DNA of 64,000 bases from Gemmatimonadota bacterium (GTDB lineage Bacteria > Gemmatimonadota > Gemmatimonadetes > Palauibacterales > Palauibacteraceae): positions 32,001 to 96,000 of the forward strand of contig JBDHAC010000001.1 in the NCBI GenBank assembly GCA_039588275.1. Direction: 5' to 3'. The position numbers and the translations under genes are program-made. Within the stretch, counting starts at the first letter, position 1; each line of letters opens with the position of its first letter. The notes beneath the pieces were generated by a model. That model had not been told where the DNA came from. It was given only the letters and a program-made list of their open reading frames with translations, and made no database searches. Below are positions 29,054 through 39,316 of this stretch, piece by piece.

Positions 29054-30139
29054 TCAGGCGCTGACGCCCGCCAAGCGCTCGAGCACCATGTCCCCCATCA
29101 CATCGGTCGGGATGCCGCTCCGCGCGTCCGCGGACGGCACGTCACCGCTCGCGAGCAGATCCGCGATCGCGGTTTCCACGCGTCCCGCGGCCGCGGTCTC
29201 ACCCAAATAATCGAGCATCATCGCCACGGCGGAGATGGCTCCCAGGGGGCATGCCACGTTCTTCCCCGCATACTTGGGGGCGGAGCCGTGGATCGGCTCG
29301 AACATCGAGGTCTGCCCGGGATGGATGTTGCCCGAAGCCGCGATCCCCATCCCACCCTGAAGCATGGCCCCCAGATCGGTGATGATGTCGCCGAACATGT
29401 TGGTGGTGACGATGACATCGAACCACTCCGGGTTCTTCACCATCCACATGCAGCACGCGTCGACGTACGCATGGTCGGTGTCCACGTCGGGGTACTCGCC
29501 GGCCACGTGGGCAAACGAGCGGGTCCACACGTCGTGCGGACGGACCGCGTTCGCCTTGTCGACCAGGGTGACGAGGGGCTTTTGACCGTCATCGCGAGCG
29601 GCCGCACGCTTGCGGGCGAGCTCGAACGCATACCGGGAGGCGCGCTCGCACCCCTTCCACGTGTAGATCCCATTCACGAGCGCGATCTCGTCCGGCGTGT
29701 CCTTTCGCAGGTGCCCGCCGATCTGCGAGTACAGCCCTTCCGTGTTCTCCCGCACCACGACGAAATCGACGTCGTCCGGCCCCTTTCCCTTGAGCGGGCA
29801 CAGGTGCTCGGAATACAGCTTGATGGGTCTCAGGTTGATGTACAGATCGAGCCCGAACCGGAGACCCAGAATCACGGAGCGCTCGATCAATCCCGGCTCG
29901 ACGTCCGGGTGCCCGATGGCCCCCAGCAGCACCGCATCGAGCGTCGCCCACTCTTCGATCACCTCGTCGGGGACGAGCTCGCCCGTCGTCAGGTAGTGCT
30001 CGCTGCTGTACGGGTAGTCGACGAGCTCATAGCGGACATCCTCGAGCCCGGCGACCTCCTCCAGCACCTTCAACCCTTCGGCCGTCACCTCCGGGCCGAT
30101 TCCGTCCCCGCCCAGCACACCGATCTTGTATGTGGTCAT
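29054..30139 (-). CDS. leuB: 3-isopropylmalate/tartrate dehydrogenase family protein
   Basis: GDGIGPEV, NLRP, VRENTEGLY, NMFGDIITD, FEPIHGSAP; no leuCD nearby so substrate is not certain. Confidence 0.75.
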   Translation of the reverse strand: MTTYKIGVLGGDGIGPEVTAEGLKVLEEVAGLEDVRYELVDYPYSSEHYLTTGELVPDEVIEEWATLDAVLLGAIGHPDVEPGLIERSVILGLRFGLDLYINLRPIKLYSEHLCPLKGKGPDDVDFVVVRENTEGLYSQIGGHLRKDTPDEIALVNGIYTWKGCERASRYAFELARKRAAARDDGQKPLVTLVDKANAVRPHDVWTRSFAHVAGEYPDVDTDHAYVDACCMWMVKNPEWFDVIVTTNMFGDIITDLGAMLQGGMGIAASGNIHPGQTSMFEPIHGSAPKYAGKNVACPLGAISAVAMMLDYLGETAAAGRVETAIADLLASGDVPSADARSGIPTDVMGDMVLERLAGVSA

Positions 30140-30333
30140 GGGTCTCTCTCCTCGTCTGGACACGGACAGTCTCGACGGCGAAGGTCGCGCAGTGCAATAG
30201 GCGACCCGGACCGGGTCGAAAGCGACTCCGGCTCGTACTCCTTCGTGGATCGTGGCCGATCTCGTTCGAAGGCGCTCGGAGGGTGTGTGGCGCGCGGTCG
30301 CGTTGCCCGCGACCGCGCGCTGCCACTCTGATC

Positions 30334-31755
30334 TCAGGGTCGGGTCGGCTCGACCTCGATCACCGTGCCGAACTGTGCCAGCTGATCGGCGATCACTGTT
30401 TTGTCACCCGTCACCACCAGCAGCATGTCCTCGCTGCGGAGATAATCCGCCGCGATTCTCTGCACTTCCTGCGGCGTGACGGAGTAGATCCGGCTCACGT
30501 ACCCGGTGAGGAACTCCTCCGGGAGACCATGCAGGTTCAGGAACGAAAGCTGCGACACGATCCCCTGCCGGCTCGAGTTCTGGAGCACGAAGATCCCCGC
30601 CATGTAGTTCTGGATCCCGCCCAGCTCGTCGTCGTCGGGAGGCTCGGTCTGCAGCCGGTCGATCTCCTTGAAGATCTCCTCGAGCGCCGGACCCGTGACG
30701 TCGGTGGTAACGTCGGCGATCTGCACCCAGTACGCGTCGCGGTATCGGGTCGAGACCTGGCTGAACGGCGAGTACGTATAGCCCTTGTCCTCGCGAATGT
30801 TGCTGGTGATGCGCGAGCCGAACGCGCCGCCCAGGAGCGTGTTGGCCACCTGGAGCGACACGAAGTCCGCGTCCGAGGGATCGACCACCGGTAGACCGAG
30901 ATACATTGTCGACTGCGGCGCACCTGGCCGGTTGATGAGCACGATCTCGCGCCCGGTGCGTGGCTCCGCCCGCTTCTCATCCGCCGGTGTTCCGGCCGCC
31001 CAGTCGCCGAAGGCCTCGCGCACCGCGTCCTCGATCGCGTCGGCGTCGAACCGCCCGCTCACGTACAGGTGCGAGCGAGCCGCCCCGTAGTTGGCGGCCC
31101 AGAAGTCCCGGACCTGCTCGATCGTGTAACTCTCGATCATGGCCTGGGTGGGGTAGATCCGACCGTACGCGTGGTCGCCGTACATCCGCCGCCGGAACTC
31201 CGCCAGCGAGACGGATCGCGGGCGCTGTAGGCTGACGGAGACCCGCCGGACCCGGTCGGTCTTGATCCGCTCCAGCTCCGACTCCGGCAGTGTGGAGTTC
31301 CGCGCCACATCCGCCACCAGCCGAACCAGATCGGGGCCGAAGTCGGAGAGGACGTCGCCACCGATCGTGGTCTGGTCGAGACCCACGCCGATGTTGAGCT
31401 CACCGCCCATCGCGGCCGCTTCTTGCGCGAGCTCCTCGGCGGTCCGCGTGGCCGTGCCCTCCTGCATCAAGTCACCCGTGATGTCGGCCAGCCACACCTC
31501 GTCAGCCGCCTCGTCGATGTTGCCGGAGCGGATGATCAGCTGCATGTACACCTTGGGCGTGGCCCCATACGGGACCAGCGTGACCTGAAGGCCGTTGTCG
31601 AGCGAGTACGTGTCCCCCTGGGGGAGATTGAAGTCGCGCGGCTCGCCTCCGGGTGGCGGGGTCTGCTGCGCGACGCCGGGTCCGGCGATCCCCATCGCGA
31701 CCAACAGGAGGAGGGACCCGCGGGTGGACCTCCCGCTCTTCGTGTGCGCTCTCAT
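30334..31755 (-). CDS. M16B peptidase, non-catalytic subunit, exported
   Basis: LDNGL, LGGAFGSRI..NIREDKGYTY; lacks HxxEH; signal peptide. Confidence 0.87.
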   Translation of the reverse strand: MRAHTKSGRSTRGSLLLLVAMGIAGPGVAQQTPPPGGEPRDFNLPQGDTYSLDNGLQVTLVPYGATPKVYMQLIIRSGNIDEAADEVWLADITGDLMQEGTATRTAEELAQEAAAMGGELNIGVGLDQTTIGGDVLSDFGPDLVRLVADVARNSTLPESELERIKTDRVRRVSVSLQRPRSVSLAEFRRRMYGDHAYGRIYPTQAMIESYTIEQVRDFWAANYGAARSHLYVSGRFDADAIEDAVREAFGDWAAGTPADEKRAEPRTGREIVLINRPGAPQSTMYLGLPVVDPSDADFVSLQVANTLLGGAFGSRITSNIREDKGYTYSPFSQVSTRYRDAYWVQIADVTTDVTGPALEEIFKEIDRLQTEPPDDDELGGIQNYMAGIFVLQNSSRQGIVSQLSFLNLHGLPEEFLTGYVSRIYSVTPQEVQRIAADYLRSEDMLLVVTGDKTVIADQLAQFGTVIEVEPTRP

Positions 31756-33170
31756 CGGTCACCTCCCGTCGCCGCAGAGGCTGCACCCGGCTCGACGAAC
31801 AGGAGCGTCCGATTCCCGGGGCGCAGGTACTCATCCGCCGTCCGCTGCAGGAGTTCCGGCGTTACCGCGGCGAACCGGTCCTCGAGTTGGTTGATCCGGC
31901 CCGGATCATCATCGAACAAAGCGAACGATGCGAGCAGATCGGCGCGGCCGAACCCGAAGAACCCGTCGACCGCGTCGTAGAACAGCGAACGAAGCTTGAC
32001 CTTCGCTCTCTCCACGGTCTCGAGGTCGATGGGCTCGGTCCGGACCCGATCGATGACCGCATCGGCCACGGCCAGGATCTGTTCGGGCGTCTTGTCCGAG
32101 TCGTGGATGAGCGACACCGTCCACAGCATCGGTCCGTCGTAGTTGAACATGTTTCCGAGCAGGTTGATACCGCCGCTGACGGTCCCCGCGAGCCCTTCCC
32201 GTTGCACCAGCGCCTGGTGCAGCCAGGAATCGTCTCCCTGCAGGAGGACCTGGTCGAGGACCCCCATCGCCCAGTACTCGGGGGAGTTCCTCTCGGGCAT
32301 GTGATAGCCGAGCGCCAGCGCGGGGCGATTGGCGAGCGGATCCTGCTTCGTGTGGTGCTTCTCCTCTTCCTGGCGCGGCTCCGAGATGTCGGGCATCTCG
32401 ATGGGTGGGCCGGCCGGAATGCCGCCGAAGTACTGCTCCACCCACTCCAGGGCCTGCTCGGGCTCGAAGTCGCCCACGATCGCAAGCGCCGCGTTGTTGG
32501 GGGCGTAGAACTGGTCGAAGAAGGACTGCACGTCCTCGAGCGTGGCGGCGTCCAGATCGTCCAGCTCGCCGTAGAAGTTGTGCGCGTTGTACCAGTTCTC
32601 GTTCGCCACCTGCGGGAGATCCAGCCACGGAAACCCGCCGTACGGCTGGTTCAGGACATTCACGCGCACCTCGTTCTTCACCACGCCCTGCTGGTTCGTG
32701 AGGTTGTCCTGGGTGATGTCGAGTCCGCGCATCCGGTCTGCCTCGGCCCACAGGATCGTCTCGAGCTTGTGGGCCGGAACGATCTGGAAGTAGTTGGTGA
32801 AGTCGAACCGGGTCGATCCGTTCAGCACGCCTCCGTTCTCCTGGATGAGTCGCACCAACTCCATCTTCCCGAGGTTCTCGGATCCCTGGAACATCATGTG
32901 CTCGAACAGGTGAGCGAATCCCGTCCTGTCACGGGGCTCGATCCGGAAGCCGATGTGATAGTAGACCGCCACCGCCACCGTCGGAGCGGTGTGATCGGGG
33001 GAGAGGACGACCCGGAGGCCGTTGTCCAGCGTCGTATACTCGATGGGGACCCGGAACTCGCCGGTCTCCCCGGCTCCTCCCACCGCCGCGTCGTCCCTCG
33101 CGCATGCGAACAGCCCGGGAACCAGGAACGCCATGACGAGGGCGAGCCGTCCGGCTCTTTGCCGCATCAT
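31752..33170 (-). CDS. M16B peptidase, catalytic subunit, lipoprotein
   Basis: TGFAHLFEHMMFQGS (HxxEH), EADRM, lipobox LFAC. Confidence 0.92.
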   Translation of the reverse strand: MMRQRAGRLALVMAFLVPGLFACARDDAAVGGAGETGEFRVPIEYTTLDNGLRVVLSPDHTAPTVAVAVYYHIGFRIEPRDRTGFAHLFEHMMFQGSENLGKMELVRLIQENGGVLNGSTRFDFTNYFQIVPAHKLETILWAEADRMRGLDITQDNLTNQQGVVKNEVRVNVLNQPYGGFPWLDLPQVANENWYNAHNFYGELDDLDAATLEDVQSFFDQFYAPNNAALAIVGDFEPEQALEWVEQYFGGIPAGPPIEMPDISEPRQEEEKHHTKQDPLANRPALALGYHMPERNSPEYWAMGVLDQVLLQGDDSWLHQALVQREGLAGTVSGGINLLGNMFNYDGPMLWTVSLIHDSDKTPEQILAVADAVIDRVRTEPIDLETVERAKVKLRSLFYDAVDGFFGFGRADLLASFALFDDDPGRINQLEDRFAAVTPELLQRTADEYLRPGNRTLLFVEPGAASAATGGDR

Positions 33171-33297
33171 ACATCTCCTTGCCGCAGGGATTGTCCGGAG
33201 ACAGCGGTGAGACCGCCGCCGCGTGTGAATCTAGCGGTCGTTCGCTGTCGTGGCTGTGGCAACCGCCCCTTTGATGCTCGGGGGGCGAGGACCGTTG

Positions 33298-34911
33298 TCA
33301 GTCACCGCGAGGGCGCACGTGCAGGTGCATGATCTTGCTGGAGCGGGTGATGAGTGGGGCGCTGCGCTCGACCCGGACATCCACCGAGCTCCGCAGGTGC
33401 CGCTCCATCATGCGGTGCACCGGAGATCCGATTCCGAGACCCGAGATGAGCGCCTCCGCTACCTCTCCGCCGGGTACCGGTCCCACGTGCGGGTGGATGC
33501 GGAGCACCAGCAGCGAGTCGCCGCGCTCGGACTCCTCCTCGACGAGTTGGTAGTCGGTCGGGCTACCCCCGAAGCGCTCGGGCAGCGTCTCCTCGAGTAG
33601 CTTTGTGATCGCCGTGTCGTCGAAGGTGACACCGCCCGCCGTCAGTTTCTCGAAGCTCCGCACGTGGCTGATGCGCGGCTGCCACCCGAGGCTCTCCAAC
33701 GGGCAGCCGCAGGACTCCCGATCGACATTCGCCTGATCGCCCATCGAGAAATTGAGCATCTGAAACGGGGCAGCCGGGTGAAGCGCGGTGAGGAGTATGG
33801 CGTTCTCCGGCAGTCCTGTCTCGGCACCGTACCGCCCGGCCTGGATGATGGCGTGGAGGTCCCGAACCAGGTGCATGTGATCCGCGAACTCCGGGTTTCG
33901 GCACGCGTACGCGATGGGACCTGCCTCGATCGTCCCGTACCGCGGAAGCGGTTCGATTCCCGCCGACCGGATCGTCGCCACGCGCGCCTCGGTGATGGGC
34001 TCTCCCGCCAGCGTCGCATGCGACCCCGTCAGATCGATCCCGGCCTCACGCGCGGCCGTCGCGAGGCGTACAACCGAGCTGGAGAACGAGAACCAGTGAG
34101 GCTCGGCACCCGCGTCCAGCACCGAACGCGCCCAGCGCGCGAGCGGGAGCGGGTCTTCCGGGCTGGCGAACACGGGCCTCGGCACCCGCACGCCGGCCAG
34201 GGACCCTCCCCACCGAAGCGCGCGATCGCTCCACCGGAACACCGGATCCAGCCCGTCCGACGGGTGCACCTGCGTGAACCACGCGGCCGGCCGGTCGCCG
34301 AACGAGGAGTACTTGAGCAAACGAAAGCGCGAGCCGGCTCCCGGGGTCTCCCAGGTCGCCTTGACCCAGCGACTACCTCCGTGTGCGTCCAGGTACAGGG
34401 CGCACGCGACGGCACAGGCGCGGATGTACGCGAGATCCATGAGAAACGGAGCGGCGCGGCTGCGACTCCCCCCGCTCCTGGCGGCGACGTGGAAGGCAGC
34501 GAGCGGGTTCCGGAGCGACGCGGGCTCGATATCGAGCCGGAGCGACCCGCGCACCAGGGGTGTGCGCCCCTTGAACTCATCGCTCGTCATATACACGCCC
34601 GCTTCGAACAGGCGCTGAAGCGCTCCCTCGAGACCCTCCCGCAGCATCAGTTCGCGCAGGTCATGGAACGACACGCCCGCGTGCTCGAAGAGCTTCGCCA
34701 GGACACTGGATGGCCGGTCGAAGACGGCCTGCTCGACGAAGTGGAGGAACCTGGACTCCCGTTCCCTCAGTCGGGCGGCGTGGATCGTACGGGCTTCCTC
34801 GAGCGTGAACTGGCGTCGCAAGAACTCCGGAACGCGAATCAGGAAGCGGGCACCGATGAGGAGCCCGCGGGGGTTAGCGAGGGGTCTGCGGTCGAGTGGC
34901 GTGCCTTCCAT
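33298..34911 (-). CDS. Divergent PaaK/CapK-like adenylate-forming (ANL) protein, copy 2
   Basis: Colinear with 17690..19315; RSGGSRS, YGTIEAG, MGD, CGC, TRSSKIMH. Confidence 0.6.
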   Translation of the reverse strand: MEGTPLDRRPLANPRGLLIGARFLIRVPEFLRRQFTLEEARTIHAARLRERESRFLHFVEQAVFDRPSSVLAKLFEHAGVSFHDLRELMLREGLEGALQRLFEAGVYMTSDEFKGRTPLVRGSLRLDIEPASLRNPLAAFHVAARSGGSRSRAAPFLMDLAYIRACAVACALYLDAHGGSRWVKATWETPGAGSRFRLLKYSSFGDRPAAWFTQVHPSDGLDPVFRWSDRALRWGGSLAGVRVPRPVFASPEDPLPLARWARSVLDAGAEPHWFSFSSSVVRLATAAREAGIDLTGSHATLAGEPITEARVATIRSAGIEPLPRYGTIEAGPIAYACRNPEFADHMHLVRDLHAIIQAGRYGAETGLPENAILLTALHPAAPFQMLNFSMGDQANVDRESCGCPLESLGWQPRISHVRSFEKLTAGGVTFDDTAITKLLEETLPERFGGSPTDYQLVEEESERGDSLLVLRIHPHVGPVPGGEVAEALISGLGIGSPVHRMMERHLRSSVDVRVERSAPLITRSSKIMHLHVRPRGD

Positions 34912-34997
34912 GCGGGGTCAGCCACGCAGGACCGAGGCCAAGAGCGCGCTCGGTAGTCCCGCGGCGCCCCGAGGACTGCTCCGTCGCCGAGCTCGGC

Positions 34998-35681
34998 TCA
35001 GCGGTCTCCCCGGGCGGCCCGCTCGGACAGGTCGCTCGCGAGTTGGTCTACCCGCCTGCGGCTCCGGTTCGCGAGCCACGTCCATACGGCTCGTCCGGCG
35101 CCGAAACCGGCCGCCGCTCCCGTGCCGATGATTGCCGCGATGGGTAATGCCGCGATCCCGATCGACCCGCCGACGCCGATCCCGAGAAGCACTCCCCACA
35201 AGGTGGGGATGGCGTGCAGCATCGGACGCAGCCGGTCCTCGTAACGTTCGTGAACCGTGATCGTCGTATCGGTCGACGCGGCGATCGAGACCTGGGTCGT
35301 CAGCAATCGGTCCGCGGACGTCCAGCGGACGGTATCGAGCGCCTCGGTTACCGTTCCCGGCTTCCCCACCGCGTCCTCCACGTGCCGGACCAGCTCGCTC
35401 AGCTCCTCGCGAGAGATCTCCGCCGTCACCGCACGGATCGCCTTTTGGGACGGGGAAGGACCGGTCAGCGCCGTACCCTTGGCGACCCCACGCGAGTGCA
35501 GCTCCGCGACGGCTCGTGCCAGCGACTCGGGCCGGATCCCGACCTCCGCCGCGACATCCTCCAGATCGCGAAGCGTGAGCCCCCGGGCCTCGGCCGGCAC
35601 CCCGCTCCGCGCCTCGATCTCGGCCGCGCGCTGAAGGACCAGCGAGACTTCCTGTTCGGAGAATCGGTGCTCGGTCTCCAT
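34998..35681 (-). CDS. Hypothetical membrane protein
   Basis: N-terminal FSEQEV..VLQRAAE / LTL.DLE.VA.EVGI helical region and two C-terminal TM segments. Confidence 0.7.
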   Translation of the reverse strand: METEHRFSEQEVSLVLQRAAEIEARSGVPAEARGLTLRDLEDVAAEVGIRPESLARAVAELHSRGVAKGTALTGPSPSQKAIRAVTAEISREELSELVRHVEDAVGKPGTVTEALDTVRWTSADRLLTTQVSIAASTDTTITVHERYEDRLRPMLHAIPTLWGVLLGIGVGGSIGIAALPIAAIIGTGAAAGFGAGRAVWTWLANRSRRRVDQLASDLSERAARGDR

Positions 35682-35892
35682 GTGCTCTTACAGGCTCACC
35701 AGACGAGAGGTCGACCGCGGTCTGACAGTGCCCCCGCAAGCTATCCCGGCATCTTCACCCGCCCAACCCCGCCGGGTGCCTTGACTTCCCGATCTGCTCG
35801 GGCCCTAGTGGCCCTGGTGTGAGGTCCGCCACGTCACAGGAAGGGTGTGCGACGACGTCGCGGCTCCATGAATCGAAAGGGTCGGTCGATCG

Positions 35893-36933
35893 ATGAGATA
35901 CAGGCTGCTGGGTCGAAGCGGGCTGCGAGTGTCGGAGCTCGCCCTCGGCACCATGACGTTCGGCACCGAGTGGGGATTCGGCGTCGACAAGAAGGAGAGC
36001 CGTCGGATGTTCGACGCGTTCGCCGAGGCTGGCGGCAACTTCCTCGACACGGCGAACGTGTACACGGAGGGGACCAGCGAGGAGTACCTCGGCGACTTCA
36101 TCGCTGCGGACCGTGAACACTGGGTCGTGGCGACCAAGTATACGATGTCCACTCGTGCGGGAGACCCGAGCTTCAGCGGAAACCACCGCAAGAACCTGGT
36201 GCAGGCGGTCGAGGCGAGCCTGCGGCGCCTCAACACCGACCGCATCGATCTCTACTGGGTGCACGCGTGGGACCAGCTGACGCCGGTCGACGAGGTGATG
36301 CGGGGGCTGGATGATCTCGTTCGTCAAGGGAAAGTCGTGTACGTCGGGGTCTCGGATACACCGGCGTGGGAGGTGTCGAGGGCAAACATGCTGGCCGATC
36401 TGAGAGGCTGGGCGCCGTTCGTGGCGCTGCAGCTCCGCTACAGCCTCATCGACCGCACAGCCGAGCGCGATCTGCTCCCCATGGCACGCACGCTGGACCT
36501 GGCGGTCACGCCGTGGAGCGTGCTCGGGGCCGGCGTGCTGAGCGGCAAGTACAACCGCAAGACGAAGCCGGAGGTGGGGAGAGCGAAGGAGGGAGCCGCG
36601 ACCATTCCGCGCAACCTGGAGATCGCCGCGGAGGTGATCGCGGTCGCGGAGGACCTGGGGTGTGCGCCGACGCAGGTCGCCATCTCCTGGGCGCAGCAGC
36701 AACCCGGCGTGATCGTTCCCCTCGTGGGTGCTCGCAACCTCGAACAGTTGGAAGAGAATCTGGGCGCGCTCGACGTGACCCTCGGCGATGAGCAGCTGGC
36801 CCGCCTGAACGAGGCCAGCGCGATCGAGCTCGGCTTCCCGCACGACTTCATCGGTCGCAACGCCGGGGCACTCGACTACATCTATGGCGGCGCGCTCGAC
36901 CAGATCGATGTGCACCGTGGAGAGCTCGCATAG
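35893..36933 (+). CDS. Aldo/keto reductase
   Basis: LGRSGLRVSELALGTMTFG, DTANVY, ATKY, SLRRL.TDRIDLY. Confidence 0.93.
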   Translation: MRYRLLGRSGLRVSELALGTMTFGTEWGFGVDKKESRRMFDAFAEAGGNFLDTANVYTEGTSEEYLGDFIAADREHWVVATKYTMSTRAGDPSFSGNHRKNLVQAVEASLRRLNTDRIDLYWVHAWDQLTPVDEVMRGLDDLVRQGKVVYVGVSDTPAWEVSRANMLADLRGWAPFVALQLRYSLIDRTAERDLLPMARTLDLAVTPWSVLGAGVLSGKYNRKTKPEVGRAKEGAATIPRNLEIAAEVIAVAEDLGCAPTQVAISWAQQQPGVIVPLVGARNLEQLEENLGALDVTLGDEQLARLNEASAIELGFPHDFIGRNAGALDYIYGGALDQIDVHRGELA

Positions 36934-37031
36934 CGACAGCCCGGATGGCGCTCTTGCAGGGCCACACAGCTCCCCATCGCGGCCGGCGGACCCGCGAGGG
37001 GTGCGGGGGCCCCGGCGCGCGCGTCTGCGGG

Positions 37032-37058
37032 TAAACCTTCCGCGCCCTTCCGGCCACT
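37032..37058 (+). promoter_or_regulatory. Putative autoregulatory ECF promoter
   Basis: TAAACC-N15-GCCACT immediately upstream of the ECF start codon. Confidence 0.5.
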
Positions 37059-37064
37059 AACCAC

Positions 37065-37631
37065 GTGGATATGGAAAGCGCGACCGATCGTGCCTCCGGG
37101 CACGACGCCACGGAAACGGACCTCCTGGTAGAGCGGGCCAAGCGGCGCGACCACGTCGCCTTCGAAGCTCTCTACCGGGCGCACTATCGACGTGTGTACG
37201 CGCTGACGCTGCGCATGACGTGCGACGTCTCCCGTGCCGAGGAGCTCACGCAGGAGGTGTTCGTCCGCGCTTGGGAGGCACTGCCCGGCTTTCGCGCCGA
37301 AAGCAACCTCGGAACGTGGCTCCACACCGTGGCGGTCCGGACCTGCTTGAACGCGAGCCGAGCGACGCGGCGCCGAGAGGCGCGATTCCACAACTCGCGT
37401 GACATCGATGGCTACGCCTTCGGGGCCAAGCGGGCCATGCCCGAGACCAACGTGGATCTCGAGAGGGCGCTTGCCGGACTACCGCCTCGCACGCGCGAGG
37501 TGGCCGTCCTGTTCGATATCTACGGCTATCGACACCAGGAAATCGCCCGGATGCTCGGGATCGCGGAGGGGACGTCCAAGGCGCAGCTGCACAAGGCGCA
37601 CCGGTTGATGCGAGAAACACTGGGTGGATGA
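37065..37631 (+). CDS. ECF RNA polymerase sigma factor
   Basis: AEELTQEVFVRAW, TWLH.VAV, GYRHQEIA.MLGIAEGTSKAQLHKA; start 37065 or 37071. Confidence 0.93.
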   Translation: MDMESATDRASGHDATETDLLVERAKRRDHVAFEALYRAHYRRVYALTLRMTCDVSRAEELTQEVFVRAWEALPGFRAESNLGTWLHTVAVRTCLNASRATRRREARFHNSRDIDGYAFGAKRAMPETNVDLERALAGLPPRTREVAVLFDIYGYRHQEIARMLGIAEGTSKAQLHKAHRLMRETLGG

Positions 37632-37676
37632 CGGTGCCGCCGACGAACGGATTCGATCGATGACGGGGGATTCGAG

Positions 37677-38183
37677 ATGATGGGTATCGACAACGATCGC
37701 GAGCTGTCGGAACAGCTCGGGCGGCTCCCCAGGGAAGCGGAGCCCGAACGTGACTTGTGGCCCGGCGTGGCCGCCGGGCTGCGGGGCGATCCGAGCCTCG
37801 GCTTCCGCTCACGCCCCCGCCTGTGGACCCCCTTGGTCCAGGCGGCGGCGGCGGCGGTGGTGCTGTTCGCGACCGGGCTGGCCAGCGGTCTCGCGATCGG
37901 GGCGACGCGCGCGGGCGGAGAGCCGGGTTCGGTAAGCACCGCGATGGAACTGGCCGCCGCAGTCCAGCGAACGGGAACCGAATACGTGGCGGCGCTGGCC
38001 GCATTCAACGCGATCGTGGATTCGCTTTCCGTGGACGCACGAGTACAGGGACGCGACGCGGCGCTGGCGGCGCTGTACGGGGCGGCGCAGGAGGTGGCCC
38101 TGCTGGAGGTCGCTTCCAGAGATCAAGTGGAGTTGCCGGTCGGGTCCGAGGATCCGGAAGAGCTCCCAACGGTGAGGTTCTGA
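37677..38183 (+). CDS. Putative transmembrane anti-sigma factor
   Basis: Follows the ECF gene; LPRE..PERDLWP motif then TM helix; resembles 51030..51794. Confidence 0.7.
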   Translation: MMGIDNDRELSEQLGRLPREAEPERDLWPGVAAGLRGDPSLGFRSRPRLWTPLVQAAAAAVVLFATGLASGLAIGATRAGGEPGSVSTAMELAAAVQRTGTEYVAALAAFNAIVDSLSVDARVQGRDAALAALYGAAQEVALLEVASRDQVELPVGSEDPEELPTVRF

Positions 38184-39199
38184 TGGGTGAGATACGAAGC
38201 CGCGATGCCTGGAGGTATGCGCTCGCGGTCGTGATCGTCCTGTGGATGTCGGCCCTCGCCGCACCCTCGGTGGCGCGAGCCCAGGAGTGCTCACACGGGC
38301 ACCCGCCCTTCGGCTCTCTGGGAATCGGTGAGTTTCGCTGCGTGGGTGGGTCCTGCTCGATCAACGCGGCGGGCGGCGATCCATACGTCCACACGTTCTC
38401 CACCGAGCCCCGGGTCCGCGACATCGATCCGAGCGGACCCGCGGCGGGCCTACTGGTGGAGGACGACGTGATCGAGGCCGTAGACGGGGTGCTCGTCACC
38501 ACGGCGGAGGGGGGACGACGCCTCGGAAGCCTGCAGCCGGGCGAGCGCGTCCGCCTGACCATACGCCGTCAGGGGCGGGAAATGGAGGTGGACCTGATTC
38601 CCGAGAGGAGCTGCGACCTGCCCGCTCTCGAGGTGTCGGTGGATTCGCGGTATGCGTTCGGGCGTGCCTCGACCGCCTACCGGGGTTTCTTGTTCGCAGA
38701 CAGCGCGCGGGGGTTCGGGGCCCGGCTCACGTATGCCCCCGACTCCACCCTCGCGCTCAGGGGCAGGCTCAGCCTCACGGGCGACTCGACGTCCAGACTC
38801 GTCTACAGTTACGGCGTTGGCGCCCAGGACCGGGCGCCGTTCTCGACCCTGTTCCGTGGCTGGCAGCTCGAGGCGCGACCATCGGTCGAGCTGGGGGTCG
38901 AGCTCACATGTGGCGAGTGCGGCTGGCAACAGCTCGGATCCACGTGGTCGTTCCACACGCAGGAGTTCCCCGTGGTCCGATCCGTCGAGCGGGACGGGCC
39001 GGCCGATGAGGCGGGGTTGGGAATCGGTGACGTCATCCTCACCGTAGGGGGTGCGGCGATTACCTCGAAAGACGCGGCTCGCCTCCTAGGTGCTCTCGAG
39101 GCGGGGGAACCGGTACAGTTGGAGGTCCGGCGCGGAGACACGATCGTCGCCGTTCGGTTGACGCCGCGCGCCGCGGGTGAGCGGCGTCAGCGCATGTAG
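38183..39199 (+). CDS. Exported protein with two PDZ domains
   Basis: Signal peptide; two PDZ-like blocks (SGPAAG..DVIEAVDG, DGPADEAGL..GDVILTVGG), each preceded by a Cys pair. Confidence 0.78.
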   Translation: MGEIRSRDAWRYALAVVIVLWMSALAAPSVARAQECSHGHPPFGSLGIGEFRCVGGSCSINAAGGDPYVHTFSTEPRVRDIDPSGPAAGLLVEDDVIEAVDGVLVTTAEGGRRLGSLQPGERVRLTIRRQGREMEVDLIPERSCDLPALEVSVDSRYAFGRASTAYRGFLFADSARGFGARLTYAPDSTLALRGRLSLTGDSTSRLVYSYGVGAQDRAPFSTLFRGWQLEARPSVELGVELTCGECGWQQLGSTWSFHTQEFPVVRSVERDGPADEAGLGIGDVILTVGGAAITSKDAARLLGALEAGEPVQLEVRRGDTIVAVRLTPRAAGERRQRM

Positions 39200-39316
39200 C
39201 CCAACGGCACGAGAGGTCAACGCAGAAACTCGAAGGGTCCCGCCTTTCAAGCGAAGCCCTTCCGCGCTTTCCGTTTGCCAGAGCGTCGGCACGAAGATTT
39301 CGAAGGCGGTCTGTAT

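Noticed and set aside
17690..34911. Composite transposon or recent segmental duplication bounded by the PaaK-like copies
   Set aside because: The copies are clearly diverged at DNA level, similarity does not extend to the flanks, and no transposase or integrase is present
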